A program made the position numbers and the translations under genes. The notes under the pieces are model-generated. The model did not search any database. It was not told the DNA's origin and saw nothing but the letters and a program-made list of their open reading frames with translations. A stretch of DNA of 63,942 nucleotides, filler included, from Octopus bimaculoides (lineage: Eukaryota), in the NCBI RefSeq assembly GCF_001194135.2. It is 5 parts of 5 records of this genome, joined end to end, with 100 filler letters (N's around TTAATTAATTAA, not from the genome) between each part and the next. Parts side by side here need not be neighbours in the genome. Positions count along the whole stretch, not along the records: positions 31,592 to 48,005 come from NC_068983.1; positions 48,106 to 59,924 come from NC_068997.1; 3 more parts are not named here. The stretch is one strand, 5' to 3'. This document shows positions 37,230-50,574 of the stretch, piece after piece. Numbering within the stretch: position 1 is the first letter of the stretch; every line of letters starts with the position of its first letter.

Positions 37230-38226
37230 NNNNNNNNNNNNNNNNNNNNNNNNNNNNNNNNNNNNNNNNNNNNNNNNNNNNNNNNNNNNNNNNNNNNNNN
37301 NNNNNNNNNNNNNNNNNNNNNNNNNNNNNNNNNNNNNNNNNNNNNNNNNNNNNNNNNNNNNNNNNNNNNNNNNNNNNNNNNNNNNNNNNNNNNNNNNNNN
37401 NNNNNNNNNNNNNNNNNNNNNNNNNNNNNNNNNNNNNNNNNNNNNNNNNNNNNNNNNNNNNNNNNNNNNNNNNNNNNNNNNNNNNNNNNNNNNNNNNNNN
37501 NNNNNNNNNNNNNNNNNNNNNNNNNNNNNNNNNNNNNNNNNNNNNNNNNNNNNNNNNNNNNNNNNNNNNNNNNNNNNNNNNNNNNNNNNNNNNNNNNNNN
37601 NNNNNNNNNNNNNNNNNNNNNNNNNNNNNNNNNNNNNNNNNNNNNNNNNNNNNNNNNNNNNNNNNNNNNNNNNNNNNNNNNNNNNNNNNNNNNNNNNNNN
37701 NNNNNNNNNNNNNNNNNNNNNNNNNNNNNNNNNNNNNNNNNNNNNNNNNNNNNNNNNNNNNNNNNNNNNNNNNNNNNNNNNNNNNNNNNNNNNNNNNNNN
37801 NNNNNNNNNNNNNNNNNNNNNNNNNNNNNNNNNNNNNNNNNNNNNNNNNNNNNNNNNNNNNNNNNNNNNNNNNNNNNNNNNNNNNNNNNNNNNNNNNNNN
37901 NNNNNNNNNNNNNNNNNNNNNNNNNNNNNNNNNNNNNNNNNNNNNNNNNNNNNNNNNNNNNNNNNNNNNNNNNNNNNNNNNNNNNNNNNNNNNNNNNNNN
38001 NNNNNNNNNNNNNNNNNNNNNNNNNNNNNNNNNNNNNNNNNNNNNNNNNNNNNNNNAGCGAACACATGTGACAATGAAGTATAGAAATTTGAAAATACAA
38101 CACGAAACCGGTTATTTCTCCAAATACAATGTTTGTATACCCAAAAAATTTTACAACATTTTTCTGACATAATTTAAATATATACTTTAACCATGTAACA
38201 CAAACCTGTAGTTTTTTCACTCTTAT

Positions 38227-38265
<39 letters not shown>

Positions 38266-38269
<4 letters not shown>

Positions 38270-38500
38270 TTTACTGCATCAAATGCCCAACTTGTAAAGA
38301 ACTATATGTAGGTCAGACAGGAAATGCACCAACAGCAAATTAGAGACCTAGATATCCGTCAGCTACCTTTGAATAACCATGTAGCAACATGCGGTCGAAA
38401 GGATTTATATTTCCATTCTACAAACTACAAAGTCCAAGTGAAATTGAAAACAAAATCAGGGAAAAGGACTTTATTAATAAATTCCAAGCTAAATAAACAA
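38266..38500 (+). mobile_element. Penelope-like GIY-YIG C-terminal fragment
   Basis: LIYCIKCPTCKELYVGQTG...HQQQIRD...REKDFINKF. Begins directly after a (TA)n array. Confidence 0.8.
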
Positions 38501-38579
38501 TAATACTAATACTTAGGGGTACTGTTTCTGCAGCTACGACCACTACCACTAACAACAACAACAACAATACTAAAGGTGC

Positions 38580-39330
38580 TTATTATGATGAAAGCAGGAA
38601 AATACTAGCTAAGTCAAAAGAAAAGTCAGTAAAAAAATATCTTATTTTGGGGTTTAAAGTTCTATTACCACAGCTACTTCTACCACCACCACCAACAACA
38701 ACAACAACAATGACAATAATAAAGGAGATGATAATGATGATGATGATAATTGAAATGTAAAAATCCCTGGAAATGTTGTTTACACGCGCGCACAAAAAAT
38801 TCCATATACACGTCTATATACGCACATGAAAAATGCAGGGTGGAAGGTAGAATACAGAAAAAAATGTGTAAAAAATATATGAGCAATAAAACTATAAACC
38901 AACATCTCTATAAATATGTAAAAAAAAATACATAAAAAATATATAAGAAATATAAGTAAGAAGTATAGAAAGATAAAAAGCTTGTATGTGGACACAATAT
39001 AGAAAGCAAGTCCTATCTGTAATCTCGGAGGGACCAAAAACGTAATAAATATTTAGCCACATGTGGACATGATCCGAAAAATTCAGTTCTTGAATTTAGA
39101 CATGTAGCAGCGAGGTCTAAGCTGCTTTTCCAGATGAGCCATATTTCCATATCACAAAGACCGCACTTTCCACTGCCGTTGGTGTAGGGCTTACACTTGG
39201 CTAAGATCTTCCAATGGGTGTTGTAACTGACACCTTTATCTTTTAAGGACCATATATGACTGGATAATTTGGTCGTTTTCCTATTATCCCGGTGCCTGAA
39301 CAGCTGGTTTCATATTGTGGTTTGTGTGTT
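38580..39330 (-). mobile_element. Second-type Penelope-like element 3' end with AT-rich 3'UTR
   Basis: Minus strand RHRDNRKTTKLSSHIWSLKDKGVSYNTHWKILAKCKPY...CGLC...LNSRTEF..CPH (39050-39330). Confidence 0.72.
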
Positions 39331-39454
39331 GTATGCGATTATATTTTTAAAATTAGTAGTTGAGCTGAAACTGATTTTTAAGTTATGTCTATTGAAGAGC
39401 TGGGACATTTGCACCTCCTACATATATATATATATATTATGTGTGTGTGTGTGT

Positions 39455-39847
39455 GTAGGAGGCGCAATGTCCCAGTGATTAGGGCAGCGGACTCGATTCC
39501 AAGACCGGGCATTGACCCAAAATACCTAAAAGCTCCACGAAGCTCCGGCAGGGGTGGTGCAACCCTGCTGTACTCTTTCAACACAACTTTCTCTCACTCT
39601 TTCTTCCTGTTTCTGTTGTACCTGTATTTCAAAAGGCCAGGCTTGTTACACTCTGTGTCACGCTTCATCTCCCCGAGAACTACGTTATGGGTACACGTGT
39701 CTGTGGAGTGCTCAGCCACTTGCACATTAATGTCACGAGCAGGCTGTTCCGTTGATCNNNNNNNNNNTGCACATTAATGTCACGAGCAGGCTGTTCCGTT
39801 GATCGGATCAACTGGAACCCTCGTCGTCGTAACCGACGGAGTGCCAC
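39455..39847 (+). mobile_element. SINE family B with a deletion in the tRNA head
   Basis: Homologous to 7400-7784. The head reads cggactcg|attcc, lacking the anticodon-to-B-box segment. Confidence 0.85.
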
Positions 39848-39949
39848 GACGATATATCTATATATATATATATGAGAGAGAGGGAGAGAGAGATTTCTTT
39901 TTAAATTTGAAACATCTTAGTAAAACATCTTAGTAAAACATCTTAGTAA

Positions 39950-40610
39950 AACAAAACGACACGAATCTTCTGGGTTGAGTTTTCGTTGTTAATTTTTTTT
40001 CAAACACATATGTTATTGTGTAATCCATATAGAGATAGTTTATTTCAGAAGCGGTGCCGACAATTTCCATTCTAGCTTCGGATTTAGAATTCTTATAAAA
40101 TCTTTTGTATGTCGTAGTTGATCGTTTTCTTCCTTTACTTTGAAAAAAGGAAATATTTTGAATTTCCACTTGAACAAATGTTCACCACATTAAGCATTTC
40201 TAAAAGATGAATCTTTAATTTGTTGATGTACTCTCATGCGATGTATTAATTTTAATCCAGTTTAGCCAATTTACTTTTCATTCGATTGTGAATATGTGAT
40301 GCTATAATTGAGATTTTCTGTTTTGCACTTCATGTTTGCATTTACCTTAACTTCCCATTCTTGAATATTTTTGTTTGTGCCTTTTTCAATTATTTCACGC
40401 ATCCTATAACGAAGGTGTCTACCGTTTTTTACTGGCATTATATCTTCTGATATGATTTTCTTCTTTTGTTAAGAGTCCTTTGAGATTTGGCAGGTGTCTT
40501 CGGTTGTTGATAATCTGTAATTCTTTAATTATTTTGACGATTGATGTGAAATTGGAAAATATCGTTTAGCCGAATGTAAAATGTGGTTTCTAGGATTATG
40601 GGTGACTCAC
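39950..40610 (-). mobile_element. Old Penelope-like GIY-YIG fragment
   Basis: Minus strand RHLPNLKGLLTK...KVNANMKCKTENL...IG*TGLKLIHRMRVHQQIKD, with stops and frameshifts. Confidence 0.68.
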
Positions 40611-40619
40611 AGCATCTTC

Positions 40620-40770
40620 AAGAAAATGATGCTGTACTTCCGCGAATAAAGAAGTCTTTCTACGGTCGTGGCTTTTCCCTCGAATTACCAGCCTTAGGAA
40701 CTTTCTTCGATCTCATTGTTTCCCCGCTTCTTATGACCTGAACTCTTTCAAGTCTAAAGTAAATTCATTT
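40620..40770 (+). mobile_element. Very old CR1/Jockey-group LINE C-terminal remnant (tentative)
   Basis: Reads FPASYDLNSFKSKVNS, a typical LINE ORF2 terminal motif. Confidence 0.4.
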
Positions 40771-41782
40771 GTTTCGTCTTAATTTCTACTTGTTGCTTTT
40801 CGCCTTGTTTAGGATTTCAAGAAATTATTAGAAAAAATTATTATATTAAAAAAGAAATCTAAATCAAAAACTAAAACGGAAATTGTCAACATTGTTTCTA
40901 AGAACAACTTTCTCTATACAGATTACCCCATAACACGTGTGCTTGAAATCTTTAACAACGCAAATACTTACAAAGGCAAGCGATACGAAAACTTCCTGTT
41001 TTAAGGTTTGTGTTGTTCTGGTTTCCTAAAATGTTATTAAATAGTTAATAATTTTTAAGAAAAGCTTTCTTGAAATATTGTAAAATGAATCAAATACTTT
41101 TTGCAAAGAACCCTGATACGGTTCAGAAATCGATTAAGGCTATTCAGCGGTTTTTTTATTTATTTTTTTTATCTATGCAGAAATAGTTACATTTGCTACG
41201 TTTGTATGTAAACTATGCAGGTTTACATATATCATAACTTGATACTGTGCATACTGAGATCCCCATTGACATACCGCTGATATTAAATAAAGTGTTAAAT
41301 ACTTACGGCATGCAAATTAGTTGCTCCGGTTCTCTGTAGTTACTAGTCTTGTTAAGTACATAAATAGACTGGCTGCTTATTTCTATGGAATTGGTTAAAT
41401 GATGTAGACATTACGGATGTTTATCATTTATTTCAATATACTGGAAAATAGTTAAATTTGTCAAGGCGTGAGGCCCCTAGTGTTTAGGGTGTTGCACTCA
41501 CGATCTGGCGATAATGAGTTCGATTCATGGACCGGGTGGTGCTTTGCGTTCTTGGGTAAAGTACTACATTTTCATGTTGCTCTGCAGATAGGACAGTGGC
41601 AGAATCGTTGACGCTTTACGGTGTATCTTTCGACTCTCTACATTCTGATTCTAAATCCCACTTGCCTGGAAGAGGCAACGGGAAACCACTCCAGTCTAAT
41701 CATGGTAGCTGAAATTCCAGTAATCTACTTAACGGCTGCAGGGTAAGTCGAACAGAGAGAGCACAGGAGTGCATGTGTATTT

Positions 41783-41820
<38 letters not shown>

Positions 41821-41946
41821 ATACGTATGTATATGCAATATATATTTTTATATACATACAAACACATCTACATATGTATGTATTTGTGTGAGTGTATGTA
41901 TCTATCTGGCTATCCATGCATCTATGCAACTCGTATGCATGAATGC

Positions 41947-41992
<46 letters not shown>

Positions 41993-42256
41993 GTGTGTGT
42001 GTGTGAGCAAGAGAGACAGACAGACAGACTCCAGGTGAGCCGAATTTCTGACTGGATTCAAGCTTTCGTTTGAGTAAATTATATAATGCTCGGTATTTCG
42101 AGTTAGTTCGGGACCAGTAAGTTTGAGTCTGAATTGAACCTCTTTTTGGAGATCATTTGTGACTATTTAAATAATTGTTGCGTGGAAACAATTGTAGTGA
42201 TTAAAAAATATATGCCAACCGTACCTCCTTCTTCTTGACTCCAATTTTTTCAATTA

Positions 42257-42353
<97 letters not shown>

Positions 42354-42841
42354 CCTACGGGCTTCTACAAAGTTTCCGTCTATCAAATTCACTCACAAAG
42401 CACTGGTCGGTTCGATGCTAGAGTAGAAGATACTTGTCCTACGTGCCGCACAGTGAGACTAAGCCTGAAATCACTAGGCCGCAAAATAAAATTCGCTGGC
42501 GTATATTTGATCCATCATTCAATCCTGTATCAACATTGCCCTTGAATCAAAAGAAATAAATATAAAAAGTAGAAGCGGGACAGCGGGTTTACAGAAAGGC
42601 TGGAGTGCTGAAACAGAAGCCTTATGCTGTTTGTCTCCCTTTTCTTCGTTTTGAATTTAACTCGCGCAGATTTTGACCTTGCCATTCATCCAACCATGAT
42701 CGATAATATTAGAACAAATAATATATCATTTTTCTATTAAATTTTCTATATCAACCCACTAATCATACAAAATCAATACTATATCTGAAACAATAAATCA
42801 AGATTATGCTTAAATTCGGTTCAGTATTAAATCTCTTGCAG

Positions 42842-42918
42842 TCTACGATGAAGACTTTGTACGGCTGATTGACACGACAGAGCGCCTCAAGCGTATCATT
42901 CCTACAGAATGTGTGTGA
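42842..42918 (+). CDS. Candidate coding exon (host gene uncertain)
   Basis: Acceptor atctcttgcag. Reads (TC)YDEDFVRLIDTTERLKRIIPTECV*, with an alternative donor gtgaga at 42915. The phase-1 start fits exon C (G|TC = Val). Confidence 0.4.
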
Positions 42919-43000
42919 GAGAGAGAGTGAGAGAGAGAGAGAGAGTGAAAGAGAGAGAAAGAAAGAGTTCCCTATAACATCATTCACTTCATTATTGTTA

Positions 43001-43077
<77 letters not shown>

Positions 43078-43123
43078 TCAATTACTATTATTTACAGTCT
43101 TCTAAATTCGATTACACACACAC

Positions 43124-43162
<39 letters not shown>

Positions 43163-43355
43163 AACAAACACACGTAATGCAAAAATTAAAAACAGTAAAA
43201 ACGGTTTTAAAAAAGGCACAAAAATAGTACAATCCGATGAATAAAGTATTAGATTAAAGATTGCTTGAAGAAAGAAAAGATTGTCTTTGTTTCGGGTGTG
43301 ATTCCTTCTTCGGCAAGAAGACAGGAGAGAAGATTGGAAGAAGAATCGTTTGTGG

Positions 43356-43482
<127 letters not shown>

Positions 43483-44285
43483 TGATCATGGTAGAATTAA
43501 CAATACAATACCTACCGAAAACGTGATGCACCCACAAACATTTAAGAAACAAGATGAAGAAAGAGTAAACAACTGGAAAAGGAAACCACTGCATTGGCAA
43601 CGCCTCAGAAAAAATCGATGGTAAAAACAAGATCAACGCTTGGAGATTGCTAAGAAAAAGTAATCTGAAAAGAAGCCCTGTGAACTAATTACACCAACTT
43701 CCAAATACATAAGAGCAGCGAATCGCCCCTTTGTAGGATGTGTGGTAGCAGAAACGAAACAACCTCACATATTGTGAGTGAGTGTAGCAAGCTGGCCCAA
43801 AATCACTACAAAAGGAGGCACGATAAAATGACTAAGTTGCTCCACTCGATTCTATGTGAAAAGTACAGCCTGAACAGAGCACGGAAACGGTAAGAACATG
43901 AATCGGAATAAGTTACCTGGGACAAGGAATATAAGATACTGTGGGATTTTACAATTCAGTGTCACTCCCTAATCGATGCTCGGAGACCAGATATTGCTGT
44001 GGTAGATAAAGGAAAAAAGGAAACCAACATAATAGATATTGCCATACCTGGAGATGCACGCATAAGTGATAAAGAATTAGAAAAGATTGAAATATACAGA
44101 CCACTAAAAGACGAAATTGCAAGAATGTAGACTATGAGGAGAGTATTTGTCATTCTAGTAGTTGGAGGGACACTCGGAGCACTAAAAGCCAATTTATCGG
44201 AACTGACATGAGAGCAGAGCAAACTCAAAAAATTACTCTGCTGGGGATAGCTAAGATTTTGAGATTGGCACGGAGATGTTGAATG
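43483..44285 (+). mobile_element. R4/Dong-like non-LTR retrotransposon C-terminus (CCHC knuckle and restriction-like endonuclease)
   Basis: WKRKPLH, C-x2-C...ETTSHIVSECSKLAQNHYKRRHD, KILWDFTIQC..LIDARRPDIAVVDK..NIIDIAIPGD..KELEKIEIY. Confidence 0.85.
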
Positions 44286-44299
44286 TGTCCCACGAAAAT

Positions 44300-44850
44300 T
44301 AACAACCAAGTATCAAATTGATCATGTTGTTTCTGGCTGCCCAGAAATAGCGAGGGCGTCACCATCCTTTGGAACTTTCCAATACAAACAAACAGAAAAA
44401 TTGACTCCAATCGACCAGATATTGTGATCAAGGGTTACAACAGAGGAACTTATCTGTTAATGGATATGACTGCTCCACAAGATTGAAATGTATCAAGAAA
44501 GGAATATGAAAAGCTTTCTCACTATAAAGATCTGCAAATTGAAATCGCAAAAGTGTGGAAGCTTAGTGCTACGATAGTAATTGGTGCATTGGGAATGATA
44601 AAAAAGGGAGCTGAGAAGTATATTAAGCAACTCCCTGGTAACTCGAATCTCCGTGAATTACAAAAGATAACCTTGATAGGTACAGCCCATATACTAATGA
44701 AAGCATTCTCCTTCTAAAATGGAATAAATGTGGTGATAATTTTAGCATGCATAGCAGAGTGCCTTTGCTACTCTTGGCCTCCGAAGGACGCCCAGTACTA
44801 AGGCAGCTGAAATAAAGTTATAATGAAACGAAACCACAAATAATAATAAT
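44300..44850 (+). mobile_element. Second R4/Dong-like family 3' end
   Basis: IDHVVSGCP..ILWNFPIQTNRKIDSNRPDIVIK..LMDM..IVIGALGMIKKG..LQKITLIGTAHIL*. The 3'UTR ends in (AAT)n. Confidence 0.82.
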
Positions 44851-44851
44851 G

Positions 44852-45064
44852 CTTTCTACTATAGGCACAAGGCCTGAAATTTTGTGGGACGGGACAACTC
44901 GATTACATCGATCCCAATGTTTCACTAATATTTCATTTATCGACCTCGAAAGAATGAAAGGTAAAGTCGACCTTGAGGGAATTTGAACTCAGAACGTAGC
45001 ATCGGGTGAAATGCCGCTAAGCATTTCACCCGCTGTACTAACGATTCTGCCAGCTCGCCGCCTT
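44852..45064 (-). mobile_element. SINE family C
   Basis: Reverse complement of the 45167-45377 type: aaggcggcgagctggcagaatcg...ggtcgataa...gccttgtgcc..agtagaaa. Confidence 0.85.
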
Positions 45065-45166
45065 AATAATAATTATAATGATAATAATAATAATAATAAT
45101 AAAATATTCAGACAAATACATAACAAAAACANNNNNNNNNNTAATGATGATGATGATGATGATGAT

Positions 45167-45376
45167 AAGGCGAGCTGGCAGAAACGTTAGCACGCCGGAT
45201 GAAATGCTTAGCCGTGTTTCGTCTGTCTTTACGTTCTGAGTTCAAATTCCGCCGATGTCAACTTTGCTTTTCATCCTATCGGGGGTCGATTAAATTAAGT
45301 ACCAGTTGCGTACTGGGGTCGATCTAATCGACTGGTCCCCTCCCCAGAAATTTCGGGCCTTGTGTCTGGAGTAGAA

Positions 45377-45377
<1 letters not shown>
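45167..45377 (+). mobile_element. SINE family C
   Basis: gagttcaaattcc B-box-like motif, central tttcatcct.tcggggtcgat.aaattaagtaccag domain, (AAT)n tail. Further copies at 46226-46430 (-) and 62287-62473 (-). Confidence 0.85.
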
Positions 45378-45412
<35 letters not shown>

Positions 45413-45514
45413 CATATCTTATCCTTCACTCGCCCAAGGACACTGGGTGTGTCTCGGCGAATGATTGTAAGAAACATGCAGATTAAAAGTGAATAATAAT
45501 TATTATTATTATTA

Positions 45515-45690
45515 TTCAGTAGTTTTATTTTTATAACGTGCTTTCACTTCACTACCGAGCGCAGCTCTGTGCGCCTTGGGTATGTGCTGTGGTTTGCTGT
45601 GGTGCTCTTATGTTTACTGTATTGAAAGTGTTTTGCGTAGAATGTGTGCAGTACCCAGTAGTGCAATTTTCTGTATGTTATATATATTTG
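45515..45690 (-). mobile_element. Third R4/Dong-like family, extreme 3' end
   Basis: Minus strand IYNIQKIALLGTAHILRKTLSIQ* plus a 3'UTR and (AAT)n tail. Near-identical copy at 49915-50030. Confidence 0.8.
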
Positions 45691-45922
45691 TTATTAATAT
45701 TATGGGATGGGCCACTCGACTAGAAGAAAATTCTAACTGGGCCCCACCTGCGAGGTCATGCGCTGTTTATCTTGATATGAGATCACCATGTCGCGCACAT
45801 ATTGTTGTGATGCATGTGCCTGGTGTACCTTTTCAGACGGGTAGTCATGATGGGTATAATGGGTTTCGTGTCACTTTGATGGCATGCACTGCTCTCTCTC
45901 ATTCAATAATAATAATAATAAC

Positions 45923-45973
<51 letters not shown>

Positions 45974-46084
45974 AAGAAGAAGAAGAAGAAGAAGAAGAAG
46001 AAGAAGAAGAAGAAGAAGAAGAAGAAGAAGAAGAAGAAGAACAAGAAGAAGAAGAAGAACAACAACAACAACAACAACAACAAG

Positions 46085-46225
46085 GTGACTGTCATTCCCG
46101 TAGTTGTATGAGCACTGAGAGCATCAATAACGGAGTTTGAGAAATTGGGATTGACATCAGGGTAGAACATGCTCAGAAAACTGCTTTATGGGGATATCGT
46201 GTATTTTGTGATTGGTGCTTGAATT
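46085..46225 (+). mobile_element. R4/Dong-like 3' fragment
   Basis: KVTVIPVVV*AL...GIDIRVEHAQKTAL, following an (AAT)(AAG)(AAC) array. Confidence 0.65.
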
Positions 46226-47193
46226 TTAATTATCGTGGAACAAATACAATAAGGCACCCGGCCCAACGTTGAAAGAGTTCCACCAACTCAACATCTTCGA
46301 TTGGTATTTTTTTATCGACAACGAAAGGATGAAAGGCAAAATTGACCTCCGTAGGATTCGAACTCGGAGCGCAAAATCAAAACATATACCGTGAAGCGTT
46401 ATGTCTGTCACCATAACAACTCCTCCAATTCACCTGCGCACGCGCGTGCGTGTATGTGCGTGTAGCGGACATGAGCTTGTCTACATGGTTGTACGGGAAG
46501 TGTATGTGCATTGTTGGTTGTCGGGCGAAGTGGAAAACGGGAAAAAGAAGCCGTCAGTTTGAGCGTGAATATTTGTGTGTGCGTTCGTGTGCATGCGTGT
46601 GTACGAATGTATGGCAATTTGTGTATGTGTATAAATCTGTATGTATGTGTATGTGTGAGTGTGTGAATCTATGTATGTTAATCTGTGAATCTGTGTATGT
46701 GTGTGAATGTGCGTGTATGTGTGTGTGTGTGCATGTGTGTGCTAGTGGGTAAAGCGTAATGCATTTGGGCAAACTAGTGTACAATGTAAATTGCACACTT
46801 GGTGTACTATGAGTCTATGGTTCAAATACATATTTTAGTCAAAGAACATGCTTTATGTGTAAATGTGTATGTGATAAAAGAACAAAAATGGCCGAAGAAA
46901 GACGTGTGTGTGTGTGTGTGTGTGTAAGGGACGTGAGTGTATGTATATGATGGATGTATCCTCCAATGGTGTGGGGCGATGTACGACAGGGGAGAAGATA
47001 GAAAAGAACTATATGTGAGATGGTTTAGAATGGACAGTTTTAGAGATGATGGTGCGTGTGAGCGTGTTTGAGTTGTGAATGAGTGTGTGCTTACGTATTT
47101 GGGTTTGTGTGTAGTTATTGTATATGTGTGCGTGTGTGCGTGTGTGTGTGTGGATAGATTCATATATAGAAGTAGACAGGCAAACAGACAGTC

Positions 47194-47258
<65 letters not shown>

Positions 47259-47273
47259 CAGATAGACAGATAG

Positions 47274-47304
<31 letters not shown>

Positions 47305-47920
47305 GTGTTTGTGTGTGTGTGTGTGTATGTGTGTGTCATATACATGAGTCATTTATAAACTGTTTCATAGTTGATTACATAAAAGTATTAATGCCTTTCT
47401 AAATATTTTCTATAATATAAATCTGTGGGCACATCTAACATAAAGACCGAACTAGAGTTAGATCATCAATTATTGAGTTGAGACGGGAAAAAAAGAAAAG
47501 ATATAAGCATGAATGAAACATATAGAATTAAAAAGAAGGAAATACTTCGAATGATAGAGAAAACAACGATGAGGAAATATATTTCGGACTATATTATATA
47601 TATATTCCACTGAGATTATTTTGCTTCTTAACAAAATGCAGGTGTAATTTTTGTGCAGATAATTACCATTTCTCACTCAAATGGTGACGTGGCATCAGAA
47701 AAAAAGATCGTGCCTTTACGCTGCCAAATTTCAATAGACGAGTCCGAACTGCAGCAAGCAAACGGCAAAATCTTTTAAACGATTTCGAGCAAAGGTAATT
47801 GCAAATCGTTTCAAAGGAAACAGTTACCTTATCCTGAAATTGCTGTGCCATATATATACATATATAAATCTTCCTGCCATTTCATCATGCTGAACCGTTA
47901 ACCGTTAATCCCTACACATT

Positions 47921-47959
<39 letters not shown>

Positions 47960-47971
47960 ATCTCTCTCTCT

Positions 47972-48005
<34 letters not shown>

Positions 48006-49292
48006 NNNNNNNNNNNNNNNNNNNNNNNNNNNNNNNNNNNNNNNNNNNNTTAATTAATTAANNNNNNNNNNNNNNNNNNNNNNNNNNNNNNNNNNNNNNN
48101 NNNNNTATGCATATATATACACATATATATATATAGAGATGAGACATCATTATGTTAAGCATTAAAGACTGAGATTAGGTATGTCCTGCATGAGAATCAA
48201 TTAAGAAAATAGTAAAATAAACCCAACAGGAATTTCCGATCATCTTTATTTTTACCATACATCGAAAGCATATGTATTGTGTTTGCATCCCAGTATGCAT
48301 AGTCCTTTATCACAGCTAATAGCTTCCTAATATTCAAATTTACCTGCTTCTGACCCAAACTGCATTGCGCACAAAACCCATGAATATATATATATACACA
48401 CGTCATTATATAGATATATACATACATGCTAGTATACATACATACATAATTATATATGCATATATATATATATGTATATGCATACATACAGACACGCATC
48501 GAAACACATACATTTATGTATAATGTATGGCTGCAGTCAGCACTGAAACGTGTAAAAGAATAAAAGAATAAACGAAAGTGTGTGTCTGTGTGTATGTGCA
48601 TGCGTGTGCGTGCACGCGCGTGTGTAATACATTGATGAACATGCATACACGTACGCATATACATCTATGTCATTTAGAACATACAAGATAAATATTCTGC
48701 AGGCAGACCGTTCAGTAATCGATTAAACGTAGACTAGTATTTGATTGATATGATTGGTATTTAATTTATCGATACGTGAAGCATGAAAGAACGAGTCTTA
48801 TCTCAAGTGATTCGTTCGCAGTCTATAAAGAGACGTAAGTAAACTCCACAAATCCAGTTGTTTCCTGTTGCAACGATTCACCTTCAGCATTGTCATTGCT
48901 AAAAATATTATTGATTTTTAAGATGGGTAAAAGATCAAAGAATTTTGCTGTAAGATATAATCGATTACATAGAACCAAATACTTGAATGGTTCTTGATTT
49001 TACCGAATTCGGAAGAAGAGAAATGCTGAAAAGTTCCTGGCCTTAAGTAAACGAAAATACAGAAGGATTAGTTAATTATGATTTTATTCAACGTAATCCG
49101 CTCCTTGTGAGTGGTTTTGGTTGACAAAAACTGACGTTTATATACATATATATATATATATATANNNNNNNNNNNNNNNNNNNNNNNNNNNNNNNNNNNN
49201 NNNNNNNNNNNNNNNNNNNNNNNNNNNNNNNNNNNNNNNNNNNNNNNNNNNNNNNNNNNNNNNNNNNNNNNNNNNNNNNNNNNNNNNNNNNN

Positions 49293-49495
49293 GGGCATTT
49301 GATGCAGTAGATTAGATTTCTACTTTTGCAGTTCATGTTCGCATTGGTGAATATTTTCCCTGTTTTTGTGTTCATATATGGGCCGGTATGGATTGATCGG
49401 CATGTGCCGCATCGGCTATCATTGCATTTGGATACAGTGAATGTTTGATTTTTGTTGCTGAGGTCAAACCTTGCCTTTGTTAATAGTTTTTTCAA
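49293..49495 (-). mobile_element. Penelope-like GIY-YIG fragment, same family as 30973-31470
   Basis: KLLTKARFDLSNKNQTFTVSKCNDSRCGTCRSIHTGPYMNTKTGKIFTNANMNCKSRNLIYCIKC. Confidence 0.85.
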
Positions 49496-49516
49496 GTTTT
49501 TAGGTTGTCTTTCTCA

Positions 49517-49568
<52 letters not shown>

Positions 49569-49595
49569 GTATAAGTATATATGTATATGTATAAG

Positions 49596-49626
<31 letters not shown>

Positions 49627-49649
49627 GTCTTTATGCATGTATCCATGTA

Positions 49650-49850
49650 TTTGTGTGTCTGTGTTGTCCCCCACCATCGCTTGACAACCGATGTCGATGT
49701 GCTTACGTCTCCGTAACTTAGCGGTTCGGCAGACGAAACTGATAGAATAAGTACTAGGCATACAAAGAATAAGCCCTGGGGGCGATTTGTTCGACTAATG
49801 GCAGCGCCCCAGCATGACAGCAGTCAAATGAGAGAAACATTTAAAAAATA
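49650..49850 (+). mobile_element. SINE family A, 3' half
   Basis: Aligns to 4790-5000. Confidence 0.8.
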
Positions 49851-50501
49851 AAAGAATATATACATATTTCTGTAATATCGAGATCTAATTCTTTTGTTGT
49901 TACATTTTATTATTATTATCATTGTTCAGTAGTTTTATTTTTATAACGTGCTTTCACTTCACTACCGAGCGCAGCTCTGTGCGCCTTGGGTATGTGCTGT
50001 GGTTTGCTGTGGTGCTCTTATGGTTACTATATATATTTCTAATACTGTTTGAGGTACGATTAGTACTGTATGAGTTAAAGTTTCATACAGATTATCATTT
50101 TTCCTTCAAGAATAGTGGTCAATCAGCCACCGTGCTTACCAGTGACTTTTGTTGGGAAATGCTAAGCATGCGTGGTAGAAATTAATATAAGCACCACTAT
50201 AAATACCTAGTTACTACGTAAGTTTCCCAATTACAGTGGTTTGGAAATTAGCACTGGATTCTCCAGTTGCATTTGGATGCGTAGCTGCTAAGGTCATCAA
50301 CGGAACGGTTTATTGCATTCTGTTTCAGAAAGGGTGTCTGTCTGGTAAGAAGCTTGCTTCCCAACCACATGGTTCCTGGTTCAGTCGCACTATGAGGCAC
50401 GTTGGGAAGGTGTTTTCTGCTGTAGCCACAAGATGACCAAAGCATTGATTGGATCCGAACGAAGGAACCTTCCTATATATGCATATACATACATACATAC
50501 A

Positions 50502-50574
<73 letters not shown>

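Noticed and set aside
39720-39805. 38-bp duplication around a 10-N gap inside a SINE
   Set aside because: Same assembly-overlap signature.
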